Of a stretch of DNA of 44,326 bases, positions 1-8,902 are shown piece by piece. The stretch is from contig DYEP01000186.1 of assembly GCA_020725675.1 (NCBI GenBank), positions 1-44,326 on the forward strand. The letters are read 5' to 3'. Position 1 is the first letter of the stretch; each line of letters opens with the position of its first letter. The DNA is from Symbiobacterium sp. (lineage in GTDB: Bacteria; Bacillota; Sulfobacillia; DUSP01; DYEP01). A program made the position numbers and the translations under genes. The notes below the pieces were generated by a model that saw only the letters and a list, made by a program, of their open reading frames with translations, was not told the origin of the DNA and ran no database searches.

Positions 1-56
1 ACAATAATCTCAAGTTCCCGGAAGGAGGTTTCGAGCAAATCTCGTACTCTTATCAT
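1..56 (-). CDS. N-terminus of a putative ISLre2/UPF0236 transposase (partial)
   Basis: ATG at 56 gives MIRVRDLLETSFRELEIIV..., open to the edge. The FxELE-type start resembles UPF0236 transposases. Only about 18 codons are visible. Confidence 0.45.
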   Translation of the reverse strand, partial: MIRVRDLLETSFRELEII

Positions 57-177
57 AACGAGGGTTCGTCTCCTTTCTAGTTGGGGGTTGCTACCAAACT
101 AAATTGGAGACTGAAGCCCTCGTTCCCTTCTTCTTACCTGCTTCTCTCCAAAGTACCCACATTAATTTTACTCATAC
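1..177 (-). mobile_element. Probable left end of an ISLre2-family insertion sequence, truncated by the window edge
   Basis: Minus-strand GTATGAGTAAAATTAATGTGGG (156-177) resembles ISLre2-type termini as I recall them. It is followed by AAAGGAG and an ORF starting at 56 that runs off the edge. The family assignment is from memory. Confidence 0.55.
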
Positions 178-274
178 GTTTCAGTCTTGGAGGAAAGAAT
201 TGGTTAGGATATGATGAAATGTCAACAGTACCTCACAGGTGTTGTTGATAAAATAAATACCACATGAGACTTGA

Positions 275-300
275 AGGAGTTTGTTCGTGCGTTCTCGAAA
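275..300 (+). promoter_or_regulatory. Sigma-H-like promoter upstream of tatA
   Basis: AGGA(275-278)-N18-GAAA(297-300), compared with the sigma-H consensus AGGA-N17/18-GAAT. Confidence 0.45.
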
Positions 301-344
301 TCACAGACGAAGATGCAGGTCGTTTAGCCAAGGGAGGTATAACT

Positions 345-530
345 GTGTTATTTGGTAGGATCGGCTGGGTGGAACTTGTACTGGTGCTTGTGCTCGCGCT
401 TATCATCTTTGGTCCGGGTAAGTTGCCCGAGGTGGCCAGGGCTCTTGGCAAGTCCCTCGGAGAGTTCAAGAAGGCCACGAAAGAGGGAACGGAGGACCGG
501 GAAGACCCTGACAAAGGTGCCAGGTGCTGA
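345..530 (+). CDS. tatA: Twin-arginine translocase subunit TatA
   Basis: One N-terminal TM helix then [22 protein letters not shown], the TatA signature. Start moved to GTG 345 behind GGAGG (333-337). Confidence 0.95.
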   Translation: MLFGRIGWVELVLVLVLALIIFGPGKLPEVARALGKSLGEFKKATKEGTEDREDPDKGARC

Positions 531-592
531 GGAAGTAACCGCGCATCAGGAAAGGACAGGTAGCGGCGCGACGTGGTAAGCCGCGGATCGGT

Positions 593-1294
593 ATGGCAGA
601 CCAAAAGGAGATGTCAGTAGTAGAACATTTGAGCGAACTCCGGCGCAGACTCATCATTTCTGTGCTTGCGGTGTTTTTGGGCAGTGCAGGCTGTTTTGCA
701 TTTGTCGCCACCATCAGAACGTTGTTTACTCTACCCGCCGGTAGTGTGCAGCTTGTGTATCTTACTCCGCCTGAGGTGTTAATGACAGATATAAAGGTGG
801 CATTTACTGCAGGTCTGGTCGTTGCATCCCCGGTGGTGCTGTACCAGATATGGGCTTTCGTTGTACCGGGGCTCAAGCCGGGCGAGAAGAGGCTCATCCT
901 CCCAGTAGTTGTCGCTTCGCTTGTCTTCTTTCTGCTGGGCGTGGTCTTTTCGTATTTTATCGTATTGCCGTTCACCTTACGGTTCTTCTTAGGGTTTGAA
1001 ACGCCGGGTCTTGCTGCTATGTTTTCTTATTCCCGATACGTATCCTTTGCCATGGTCATCATCTTCTCATTCGGGCTCGTGTTTCAGATGCCGCTGGTCA
1101 TTTTGCTGCTTGGAAAGCTCGGGATTGTCACCTCAGCGGGACTCCGGCGTGCTCGCAAGTTCGCTATACTGGCAGTGTTCATCGTGGCTGCGGTGCTAAC
1201 TCCGCCTGATGTCATCTCGCAAGTGTTGATGGCGGGGCCAATGATCGTGCTGTATGAGCTCAGCATAGCGCTGCTACGTCTTTCTCGAAGGTGA
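593..1294 (+). CDS. tatC: Twin-arginine translocase subunit TatC
   Basis: N-terminal EHLSELRRRL, YQIWAFVVPGL, C-terminal AAVLTPPDVISQ, about six TM segments; directly follows tatA. Confidence 0.96.
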   Translation: MADQKEMSVVEHLSELRRRLIISVLAVFLGSAGCFAFVATIRTLFTLPAGSVQLVYLTPPEVLMTDIKVAFTAGLVVASPVVLYQIWAFVVPGLKPGEKRLILPVVVASLVFFLLGVVFSYFIVLPFTLRFFLGFETPGLAAMFSYSRYVSFAMVIIFSFGLVFQMPLVILLLGKLGIVTSAGLRRARKFAILAVFIVAAVLTPPDVISQVLMAGPMIVLYELSIALLRLSRR

Positions 1295-2119
1295 CTACAA
1301 GTACTTGCACACAATGTAACTTACGCTTCCGGTTCTTCCAAAGCCGAACCGCTTATACAGCTGCTGTGACCGCAGGTTATCGACCTGGGTACCCAAGTTG
1401 AAGCGCGTCGCACCTTGGCTGCAGAGGAATTGTATTGCGTGAGAGAGGAGCTTTGCGCCAAAACCCCTGCCCTGGTGTTGGCGGGCTACCGCGAGCCGGC
1501 CTATGTGGGCTTCACCGTTATCCATTAAAGTGTTAATGTTATACCCTATGACCTTCTCGTCTAGTTCCAGCACGAAGAAACTATTACGTTCCGCCTGCGC
1601 ATACCGCAGGAATGCCTCTGCACTTTCTTCCCATAGCCAGTTGAACGCCGACACCTCCACTTCCCTGATCTGTTCGAGGTCGCTGGCCCGAAAAGGCCTG
1701 ATCATGCCAGGGACGTTAGATGTGTTGGGTACTGTAACATCGTCTTTTTGCATGATGATAATTCCCTCTGCGACGAAATATCCCCTGCTCTTGAACAGGT
1801 CTAACAGGTGCTCAGTCAGGTTCGTCACGAGGAGACGGCGGGTTTCTCCTCCTGTGCAGTACCCTTCTGCGCTCTGAACGAGCTTTTGTACCACCTCGTG
1901 CCTGGGGTCATCGCGGGTTCTTACCGCGAAGGATTTGTCCCATGGGCGCCCCTTCCACGAGTACAACAATCCATAACCCTCAAGACCGCCTTCGGATTCA
2001 ACGATGAACAGGCAGCCTCCCTGCTCCACCACTCTTTCGAATTCCGGCGTACGGGGTAAGCCGAGTGAATCCCTGAACTCCAGCACTCTATGTTTCACTG
2101 ATTCCCAGGATACTAACAC
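1295..2119 (-). CDS. GNAT family N-acetyltransferase (RimI-like C-terminal domain, probable tandem GNAT)
   Basis: Motif A LAVARQHQGRGFGAKLL and motif B NLRSQQLYKRFGF. Confidence 0.85.
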   Translation of the reverse strand: MLVSWESVKHRVLEFRDSLGLPRTPEFERVVEQGGCLFIVESEGGLEGYGLLYSWKGRPWDKSFAVRTRDDPRHEVVQKLVQSAEGYCTGGETRRLLVTNLTEHLLDLFKSRGYFVAEGIIIMQKDDVTVPNTSNVPGMIRPFRASDLEQIREVEVSAFNWLWEESAEAFLRYAQAERNSFFVLELDEKVIGYNINTLMDNGEAHIGRLAVARQHQGRGFGAKLLSHAIQFLCSQGATRFNLGTQVDNLRSQQLYKRFGFGRTGSVSYIVCKYL

Positions 2120-2143
2120 GCGATCACCCCTCTTAAGCGTAGT

Positions 2144-3040
2144 TTAAGTCTGGCGCTGCCTCATATTCCGCGGTATGTGCTCAAGCTCGGCTAGCACCCC
2201 TCCAGCGAGCATGAGCGTTGCACCAAGAGCTTCAGCGGACGAAAACGACTCGCCCAACGCCATTCCGGCGAATATCAAAGTGAAGACTGGTTCCATTGCA
2301 AGAAGGATAGCGGCTCTCCAGGGTACAGTCAGGCGCTGTGCCCACGCCTGAGCGTAAGTGGCACCTATGGTGTTGGGCAGGGCTAAGAACACCACGGCAA
2401 GCCAAACTCCTGCAGGCACAGCCGCAGGCATTTGTTCCACAAGCAGCGCGGGTATAAGGCAACCCATGCCGACAACCGAGATCTGTCCCAACGTGAACGA
2501 ACCCAGATCATATCGTGGCGAGTACTTATCAACAGCCAGAATCTGAAGGCCGAAGAACAGGGCACAGCCCAGCACCAGGACCTCGCCCCCCAGGAATTGG
2601 CGATAGCTGTCTTGGCTGATTCCGCTCATCACTCCAAGGCCCACTGTGGCCAAAACTGCTCCCGCCCACGCGAGTGCGGACGGTGAGCGCTTCGATACGA
2701 CTGTTGAGATGACAGGTACGAATACCATGTACAGTCCGGTAATGAACGCCGCCCTAGAGGCGGAGGTGTAGTTCATGCCCACTGTCTGGAGTATGTATGC
2801 CATGCATAAGAAAGCGCCGGTGATCAGCACGGGAAGAGGCCTAGTACGAAGTGGCAAGACATACGTCGGCCTTGCGGCCAGCATGATCAGCGCTGATAGA
2901 GAAAACCTGACCCCAAGGAACAAAAGTGGAGGAACGTAAGCCAGGATGTATTTGGTCAGCACGAAGCCAAGCCCCCAGAAAGCGGCAATTGTCAACAGTA
3001 TCAGGTCGGCAGCTAGAGTACGGTAGTGTCTGAAGTTCAT
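2144..3040 (-). CDS. EamA/DMT family transporter
   Basis: About ten TM helices in two repeats; WGLGF, TSASRAAFITGL and AAILLAMEPVF motifs. Confidence 0.9.
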   Translation of the reverse strand: MNFRHYRTLAADLILLTIAAFWGLGFVLTKYILAYVPPLLFLGVRFSLSALIMLAARPTYVLPLRTRPLPVLITGAFLCMAYILQTVGMNYTSASRAAFITGLYMVFVPVISTVVSKRSPSALAWAGAVLATVGLGVMSGISQDSYRQFLGGEVLVLGCALFFGLQILAVDKYSPRYDLGSFTLGQISVVGMGCLIPALLVEQMPAAVPAGVWLAVVFLALPNTIGATYAQAWAQRLTVPWRAAILLAMEPVFTLIFAGMALGESFSSAEALGATLMLAGGVLAELEHIPRNMRQRQT

Positions 3041-3192
3041 GCATCCACGCTCCTTACCAGATTCAGCACTTAAGGATTATCCGGCGCGGCGTAAGGTTCC
3101 TTCTTGGGGACATACCGTTTTCTCCGCTTCTTCACCAGAGGGTGCCGCTTCATCGTAAGATAATACAGCCGAATCTCTAGGGAGGTATCCGC

Positions 3193-3510
3193 GTGACATG
3201 CCTTTATGATGAAGCGAGGAACCTGGGTTTCCGCCTGATTTACGTCAAAAACCCCAAACTGGTGGCGAGGCGCGTCTTCGGGCGGATCCTGTTGGCTAAT
3301 CATATTCTATACAACTGCCCTCAAGAAGTGGCCTCGGCGCTTGTGGGGATATATGAAGACCCGGCTGCTGCACACAAGTACCTTCCCATCGTTCAGGAAT
3401 ACTGGAACGCCCAGGGGCTGCCGCCCGATGCGCGCCTGCTGGGCATCACGTGGGGGAAACCTGGGTACTACAGCATGTGTGACAGGGTAGCAAACCCCGA
3501 AAAACAGTGA
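3193..3510 (+). CDS. Hypothetical protein (105 aa)
   Basis: GGAGG at 3181-3185 ahead of GTG 3193; fills an otherwise empty interval; no family recognised. Confidence 0.6.
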   Translation: MTCLYDEARNLGFRLIYVKNPKLVARRVFGRILLANHILYNCPQEVASALVGIYEDPAAAHKYLPIVQEYWNAQGLPPDARLLGITWGKPGYYSMCDRVANPEKQ

Positions 3511-3561
3511 GCTATGTTTAGAAAATTGATGTAGACAAAGTGAAGCATTCCTGCAAGTTGC

Positions 3562-3587
3562 AGGAAATTGCCGTTTACTCAAAGAAT
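3562..3587 (+). promoter_or_regulatory. Sigma-H-like promoter of the heme-c sensor kinase operon
   Basis: GCAGGAAAT...AAAGAAT: AGGA-N18-GAAT. Confidence 0.55.
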
Positions 3588-3612
3588 ATGAGTTAATGTT
3601 CGGGGTGGTGTG

Positions 3613-4893
3613 ATGTTCAGGTTGCCCAGGCCACAATGGTTGTTGGTGATCATGGTTGTGATGGCATTCACAACCATGATCTATGCCCTGCTTCAATATG
3701 CTACGCGCCAGTTTCTTGAGAGGGAACTTGTGTCACGCGCTCGGGTCGCAGAGGCACAGTTCCTCCTGGAGAGGGATTACAAGGCTGCAGACAGGGCTGT
3801 TGTTGCGTTGGCCTGTCCCTTGCAGTTTCACCGCCGCTTTGACTTTTCTTCAGCCTACGCGTTGATCTTTGGTCCTGATACTCAGTGCTGGGCATACAGT
3901 GAGGGTCCCCTCTACAACGAAAAGACCTGGTACTTCTTCACGGAATCGGGCCGGAGGCGCTTTCGGTATGCCTCCCCGGTCAGGGCCCAACCCGAATGCT
4001 TCGAATGCCACACGGGAGAGTACGCACCTGCGTTCAACCTGGGTCAGGTCGTGGGCCAATTTAATGTCATAGTTGATGTAGCTTCCTTTGCCAGGGCCAC
4101 GGTGCCAAGGCCACTTCAGCCTTCGTGGTCATTTGTCATATCGCTGAGTCTTAGCACACTCAGCGTGCTCACTTACGTCTTAAGCAGGCAGCGCGAGATG
4201 GATCATTCCCATTGCGGTTACAGGAGGCTGGCGGAGACGGTAGCATATGCCACTCACGAACTGAAGACGCCCATCGCATCTGTGGAGGCCCTGGCAGAAA
4301 TGCTTCTTTCCGATGTTACCGACGACAGGGAGAGAGAGTACTTAAGCGGCATCGCACGCAACTGCAAAGAGCTCCTGTTATCTATAAATAACATATTGGA
4401 CATGGCAAGGCTCGAGGCTGGCAAACTCACCATCCGCCGAGAGAAGACTAACGTCTCAAGGCTTCTTCGGGAGATCGTAGCTGAGGCCATACCCATTGCT
4501 GATCGGAGAGGGGTACGGATCGAGCTGGCTGTCACACCCCTTCCTGAGGTCAACATCGACCCGCGCGCGCTGCGCTCCATAATACTGAACTTGCTCAGCA
4601 ACGCGGTCAAACACTCGCCCAAGGGAGGCATGGTAGACCTTGGCGTGTCGCATCAAAAGGAACAAGGGAATATCAAGTTTGTTGTCCGGGACCGGGGCCC
4701 CGGCATTCCCAAGGAGATGCTGGCTCACATATTCGAGCCTTTTTGTCCTACGTCTGGGAACGGGGGATCGGGTCTTGGCCTTTCCCTCACGCGCAGGCTT
4801 GTCACTATGCACGGAGGTGATATCTGGGTTTTGAGCAACGAGGGGAAGGGTGCGTCGTTCTTCTTTACGTTACCGCTTGAAGGGAAGGAGTGA
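3613..4893 (+). CDS. Sensor histidine kinase with an extracytoplasmic c-type heme domain (DUF3365-like)
   Basis: Two TM segments flank FRYASPVRAQPECFECH (CxxCH at 3997-4011). H-box THELKTP, N-box NLLSNAVKH, G1 DRGPGI, G2 GSGLGL. Confidence 0.88.
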   Translation: MFRLPRPQWLLVIMVVMAFTTMIYALLQYATRQFLERELVSRARVAEAQFLLERDYKAADRAVVALACPLQFHRRFDFSSAYALIFGPDTQCWAYSEGPLYNEKTWYFFTESGRRRFRYASPVRAQPECFECHTGEYAPAFNLGQVVGQFNVIVDVASFARATVPRPLQPSWSFVISLSLSTLSVLTYVLSRQREMDHSHCGYRRLAETVAYATHELKTPIASVEALAEMLLSDVTDDREREYLSGIARNCKELLLSINNILDMARLEAGKLTIRREKTNVSRLLREIVAEAIPIADRRGVRIELAVTPLPEVNIDPRALRSIILNLLSNAVKHSPKGGMVDLGVSHQKEQGNIKFVVRDRGPGIPKEMLAHIFEPFCPTSGNGGSGLGLSLTRRLVTMHGGDIWVLSNEGKGASFFFTLPLEGKE

Positions 4894-4897
4894 GCTG

Positions 4898-5590
4898 ATG
4901 CCCAACAGAATTCTGGTCATTGAAGACGACCCCGACATAGCACAGGTGATACTGGACAAGCTGTCTTCAGAAGGTCATGCCGTATCCGTCGGCTCTGACG
5001 GGCAGGCCGGGCTTTCTGAGTTTTTAAGTCACGGGGCGGACCTGGTTGTGCTCGACCTGGTGCTACCAAAGATGGATGGCTATGAGGTGCTGACGAAGAT
5101 CCGCAGTGCAAGCGACGTGCCGGTGATCATCCTTTCCGCACGAGGAGAGGAACTGGACAAGGTGCTTGGTTTTAGGATGGGAGCAGACGACTATGTGGTA
5201 AAGCCGTTCAGCCCCCAGGAACTCTGTATGAGAGTCCAGGCGGTGCTGAAGCGCTTCCAGCTCCAGGGTGGTGAACTACCCGGACACTCCATTACGCTCA
5301 AGACGGGCATTACGATTGACAGGGACCGACGGAAGGTGCTGGTTTCAGGAACGGATGCCGGGCTCACCAGGCGGGAATTTGACCTCCTGTACCTTTTGGC
5401 TACCAGACCGGGCCACGTGTTCACATACGATCGGATCGTTCAGGAGCTGTGGGAGACAGACTACACCGGGGATATGGGGAACCTCACCGTGCTTGTAAGC
5501 AGACTTCGAACCAAGTTGAAAAATGCCGGTGTCAGTGATGATCCGGTTGAATCGGTAAGAGGAGTGGGCTACAGGTTAAAAGAGAAGTAG
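4898..5590 (+). CDS. OmpR/PhoB family response regulator
   Basis: Receiver motifs EDD, LDLVLP, GADDYVVKPF; winged-helix tail SVRGVGYRL. ATG 4898 lies 4 bp after the kinase stop. Confidence 0.95.
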   Translation: MPNRILVIEDDPDIAQVILDKLSSEGHAVSVGSDGQAGLSEFLSHGADLVVLDLVLPKMDGYEVLTKIRSASDVPVIILSARGEELDKVLGFRMGADDYVVKPFSPQELCMRVQAVLKRFQLQGGELPGHSITLKTGITIDRDRRKVLVSGTDAGLTRREFDLLYLLATRPGHVFTYDRIVQELWETDYTGDMGNLTVLVSRLRTKLKNAGVSDDPVESVRGVGYRLKEK

Positions 5591-5642
5591 TGGGGAGGCA
5601 GAGCCTTCGCACCGTTTGATGAGGAGGTCGCATCGTGACCGG

Positions 5643-5667
5643 AGGATTTTCCGGCTGAGAGGCGAAA
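5643..5667 (+). promoter_or_regulatory. Sigma-H-like promoter
   Basis: GGAGGATTT...GGCGAAA: AGGA-N17-GAAA upstream of the TPP enzyme. Confidence 0.45.
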
Positions 5668-5725
5668 AAGAACTGCATCTTGAGTTTATGGGATAGAGCT
5701 CCCTGGACCACGGGGTGATGGGTAT

Positions 5726-7321
5726 ATGGAGAAGGCAAGCGAGGCGGCGGCGAAGGCACTGAAAGAGGCGGGAGTGAAATTCGTGTTCGGCGTCCCGGGC
5801 GGTGAGATCACTGACCTGGTGGAAGGCTTCCGCAACCAGGGGGTGCAGTTCATACTCACCCACCACGAAGCCACAGCGGCGTTTATGGCGGGGGCGGTAG
5901 GTGAGCTCACAGGGGTGCCCGGTGTGTGCGCTGCGACGCTCGGCCCAGGTGCCACCAATTTGGTGAGCGGTGTGGCCCAGGCGTATCTTGACCGGTCTCC
6001 AATTATTGCCTTTACGGGCCAGATGCCGGGATGGAGGCGGCTGACCGAGACCCACCAGGTGCTCGACCTTCAGGCACTTTTTGCCCCGATCACCAAATGG
6101 CATTGTGCGCTTGAGCCAAAGAGATGCAGGGAGACCATCCTAAAGGCCGTGGACGTGGCGTGCTCGGAACGCCCGGGCCCCGTGTATATCGAAGTCCCTG
6201 CAGACGCGGCGAATCAAGAAGCTGAGCTGCCAGATCCTTACACTTTCACTGTCAGGTACATGGCAGAGGCGTGCACTTCTGACGCGTTCTTGGAATCAGC
6301 CAGATTGCTGCAGTCATCTCTTAGACCCGTACTCGTCGTAGGCGCGGCAGCGCTGCGTTCCAAGTGCGATGACGCGTTGCGGGAGTTTGTCGATCTCGTG
6401 CAGATCCCGGTTCTGGCAACTCCGAAGGGCAAGGGCCTCTTCCCGGAGGACCATGAATGCTTTGTAGGTACCCTTGAAATGCTGGGTAGTGCAGTCCTTT
6501 TTGAACTGCTCCATTCCTCCGATCTCGTGGTGAGCGTAGGTGTGGATGCCGTGGAACTAATGAGACGCTGGCAGCCCAAACCCGGGATTTGCCTGGACTT
6601 GGTCCCGAACCTCGATCACTACTACACCTGTTCTATCGAATTGGTAGGTCCTATCGGGAAACACTTGAGCCTTCTTTCGTCTGCGGTGTTGTCTTGTGCT
6701 ATTGGGCCCAAATGGAGCAAGAGCGAAATCAGGGACTGGAAAAGGCGCCTTTACGATAGCATTCCTGTCTCCGGCGCTAATTTTTATCCGTCGCAGCTTT
6801 TTTCAGTGATGAACCGTATGCTTCCTGAAGACACCATGATGAGCTGTGACGTGGGGGCGCATAAGTTCGCCACAGGACAGCTATGGCAGCCCAAGCGCCC
6901 TCGAAGTTTTTTAGTATCCAATGGACTTTCGTCCATGGGATATGGGCTTGCATCCGCTATTGCGGCCAAACTCATATACCCCAAACGGCCGTCAGTAGCA
7001 GTCGTGGGCGACGGCGGGCTGCTGATGTACGCGGGTGAACTTGAGACAGCAGCGCGCCTTGGAACGGCCGTCATCATCGTGGTGTGTGCAGACCGGACTC
7101 TTAGCCTAATAAAGATGAACCAGGAACGCAAGGGTTACCCACCCTGCGGCGTCGAGTTTACGAGTCCTGATTGGACCGCGGTAGCCAGGGGCATGGGTCT
7201 TGGTGCAGTGCGCGTCGAGACAGAAAGGGACCTGGAAGGCGCGTTGGAATTGGCGCTGTCGTGGCAGGGGCCGTTCCTCATTGAGGCGAATATCGATCCT
7301 GCAGGCTACAGAACCCGGTGA
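5726..7321 (+). CDS. Thiamine-pyrophosphate-dependent enzyme, acetolactate synthase-like family
   Basis: FGVPGG, HHEATAAFMA (catalytic Glu), TLGPGATN, SSMGYGL and the GDGG TPP/Mg motif. Confidence 0.9.
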   Translation: MEKASEAAAKALKEAGVKFVFGVPGGEITDLVEGFRNQGVQFILTHHEATAAFMAGAVGELTGVPGVCAATLGPGATNLVSGVAQAYLDRSPIIAFTGQMPGWRRLTETHQVLDLQALFAPITKWHCALEPKRCRETILKAVDVACSERPGPVYIEVPADAANQEAELPDPYTFTVRYMAEACTSDAFLESARLLQSSLRPVLVVGAAALRSKCDDALREFVDLVQIPVLATPKGKGLFPEDHECFVGTLEMLGSAVLFELLHSSDLVVSVGVDAVELMRRWQPKPGICLDLVPNLDHYYTCSIELVGPIGKHLSLLSSAVLSCAIGPKWSKSEIRDWKRRLYDSIPVSGANFYPSQLFSVMNRMLPEDTMMSCDVGAHKFATGQLWQPKRPRSFLVSNGLSSMGYGLASAIAAKLIYPKRPSVAVVGDGGLLMYAGELETAARLGTAVIIVVCADRTLSLIKMNQERKGYPPCGVEFTSPDWTAVARGMGLGAVRVETERDLEGALELALSWQGPFLIEANIDPAGYRTR

Positions 7322-7358
7322 CATACGTGATATACCCACCTCCAATCTCTGAACCAAG

Positions 7359-7378
7359 CGAATGCCCCTGGGCATTCG
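7359..7378. terminator. Stem-loop after the TPP enzyme (possible terminator)
   Basis: CGAATGCCC-CT-GGGCATTCG inverted repeat; no clear U-tract. Confidence 0.4.
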
Positions 7379-7470
7379 GGCAGGCTCAGTTGTCTTGTTC
7401 CCGGTATTTCGGGCACAGTTCGTGTATTCCTGACTTATTGAATACATGTATTCTTTTTTTGTATGACGGC

Positions 7471-7495
7471 AGGAGTTTGAGATTTTGGGCAGAAA
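7471..7495 (+). promoter_or_regulatory. Sigma-H-like promoter of mdh
   Basis: GCAGGAGTT...GCAGAAAT: AGGA-N17-GAAA. Confidence 0.5.
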
Positions 7496-7555
7496 TCATA
7501 CACTACATTTTGGAATAATGTTTCTGTCAATGGAATACTGGAGGTGTGAAATGGG

Positions 7556-8515
7556 ATGTTTAAGCGTCCCAAGGTGACAATTGTGGGTGCGGGTGCAACA
7601 GGATCGGCAACGGCGCACCGGATAGCCGCTATGGGGCTTGGAGATGTCGTGCTCTTGGATGTTGTTCCCGGAATTCCTCAGGGAAGAGCACTTGATTTGC
7701 AGCAGGCGGCTCCGCTTGAGGGGTTTGATGCACGGATCACAGGGACCAACGATTACGCGGACACTGCTGGTTCGGACGTGGTGGTAATAACGGCCGGCTC
7801 TCCCAGAAAGCCCGGAATGACCCGGGAGGACTTGCTCCGCGTGAACTATGCCATCGTAAAGAGCGTGACTGAGAACATCGTAAGGTACTCGCCGGATTGC
7901 TACCTTATCGTACTCACTAACCCGCTTGATGTTATGACCTATGTCGCTTACAAAGAATCCGGGTTTGATGCCTCCAAGGTCATGGGGCAGTCGGGAATAC
8001 TAGATTCTGCCAGGTTCAGAACGTTTCTTGCCCTGGAACTAGGGGTGGCGCTCGAAGATACCAGCGCGATCGTGCTGGGTGGACATGGAGATGCCATGCT
8101 TCCGCTACCCCGGTATGCCTCGGTGGGGGGCGTACCCGTAGAACAACTGTTGAGCAGCGATGCCATCCTGAAGATCGTGGAACGTACGAGAAACGGCGGT
8201 GGGGAGATCGTAAACCTGCTCAAGACAGGCAGCGCGTCTTATGCCCCCGGGGCTGCGGTCGCCGAAATGGTGGAGGCGATCGTTAGGAACAAAAAGCGGG
8301 TGCTTCCAGTCGCAGCTTATCTGAACGGCGAGTATGGGCACACTGACGTATATGCAGGTGTTCCTGTTGTTCTCGGAGGCAACGGCGTGGAAAAAGTAAT
8401 TGAACTGGAACTTACAACCGTAGAGAAAGAAGAGTTCGGTAAGTCCATTCAGGTAATTAAGACGAACATTTATATGCTGTACGGGGGAGAGGACGCAGGG
8501 GAGAGGGTCTGTTAG
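7556..8515 (+). CDS. mdh: Malate dehydrogenase (LDH-like tetrameric type)
   Basis: GAGATG Rossmann motif, [12 protein letters not shown] loop (Arg confers MDH specificity), NPLD, LDSARF, GGHGD. Confidence 0.95.
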   Translation: MFKRPKVTIVGAGATGSATAHRIAAMGLGDVVLLDVVPGIPQGRALDLQQAAPLEGFDARITGTNDYADTAGSDVVVITAGSPRKPGMTREDLLRVNYAIVKSVTENIVRYSPDCYLIVLTNPLDVMTYVAYKESGFDASKVMGQSGILDSARFRTFLALELGVALEDTSAIVLGGHGDAMLPLPRYASVGGVPVEQLLSSDAILKIVERTRNGGGEIVNLLKTGSASYAPGAAVAEMVEAIVRNKKRVLPVAAYLNGEYGHTDVYAGVPVVLGGNGVEKVIELELTTVEKEEFGKSIQVIKTNIYMLYGGEDAGERVC

Positions 8516-8531
8516 AGACCTCATAATACAG

Positions 8532-8571
8532 AAAAAGCCCCTGTACTGCACCGTGCGGCACAGGGGCTTTT
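8532..8571. terminator. Bidirectional rho-independent terminator
   Basis: AAAAAGCCCCTGT...ACAGGGGCTTTT between the convergent mdh and DUF1540 genes. Confidence 0.85.
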
Positions 8572-8578
8572 GGCATGG

Positions 8579-8776
8579 CTAGCTTTCGTTCCTTGGTCTG
8601 AATGTCTCGCAAATTGTTTCGGCACTGGTCCGTGCTTTGCCGGGTTGGCCTATCTGACCTGCATCAGCGTAAGGGGACGTTTTCAGGTTGTTCTTTACCA
8701 GAATTTCTGATGCTTCACACTTGTTTCCGCGTCCCCAATAGTAACAGCTCGACACTGTGCATGATACGTCCGTCAT
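8579..8776 (-). CDS. Small Cys-containing DUF1540-type protein (65 aa)
   Basis: MTDVSCTVSSCYYW..NKCEASEILV...ETICETF pattern. GGAGGTG RBS at 8784-8790; the longer ORF-track start would overlap degV. Confidence 0.8.
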   Translation of the reverse strand: MTDVSCTVSSCYYWGRGNKCEASEILVKNNLKTSPYADAGQIGQPGKARTSAETICETFRPRNES

Positions 8777-8843
8777 AGCTGAACACCTCCAACTATATTG
8801 TTGGGTAACGATCTTTTTGTTATTCTTATGGCTCTTGGTTAAG

Positions 8844-8868
8844 AGGAAAAACACCCCGGACCACGAAT
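8844..8868 (+). promoter_or_regulatory. Sigma-H-like promoter of degV-fur
   Basis: AGAGGAAAA...CACGAAT: AGGA-N17-GAAT. Confidence 0.55.
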
Positions 8869-8902
8869 GTTGGTTGCATGACCAGATTGGGGGAATGGGT
8901 GA

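Noticed and set aside
525-563. Additional selenoproteins by read-through of TGA after tatA (..RC-TGA) or other TGA-ending genes
   Set aside because: No SECIS-like hairpin at the right distance, and the extensions show no recognisable conserved sequence.
5595-5725. TPP riboswitch upstream of the TPP enzyme (GGCTGAGAG)
   Set aside because: The CUGAGA word is present, but the downstream ACCCU/ACCUGA...UAAU..CC.GCG core is missing. The segment fits a sigma-H-like promoter instead.
7106-7447. Minus-strand ORF with a GGAGGTG RBS near 7336-7342
   Set aside because: It runs antisense through the conserved C-terminus of the TPP enzyme and has no recognisable protein features.
8790-8830. Forespore sigma-G promoter for the DUF1540 gene (GAATA-N18-AACAATA, minus strand)
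   Set aside because: Plausible, but the match is too degenerate in AT-rich DNA to support.
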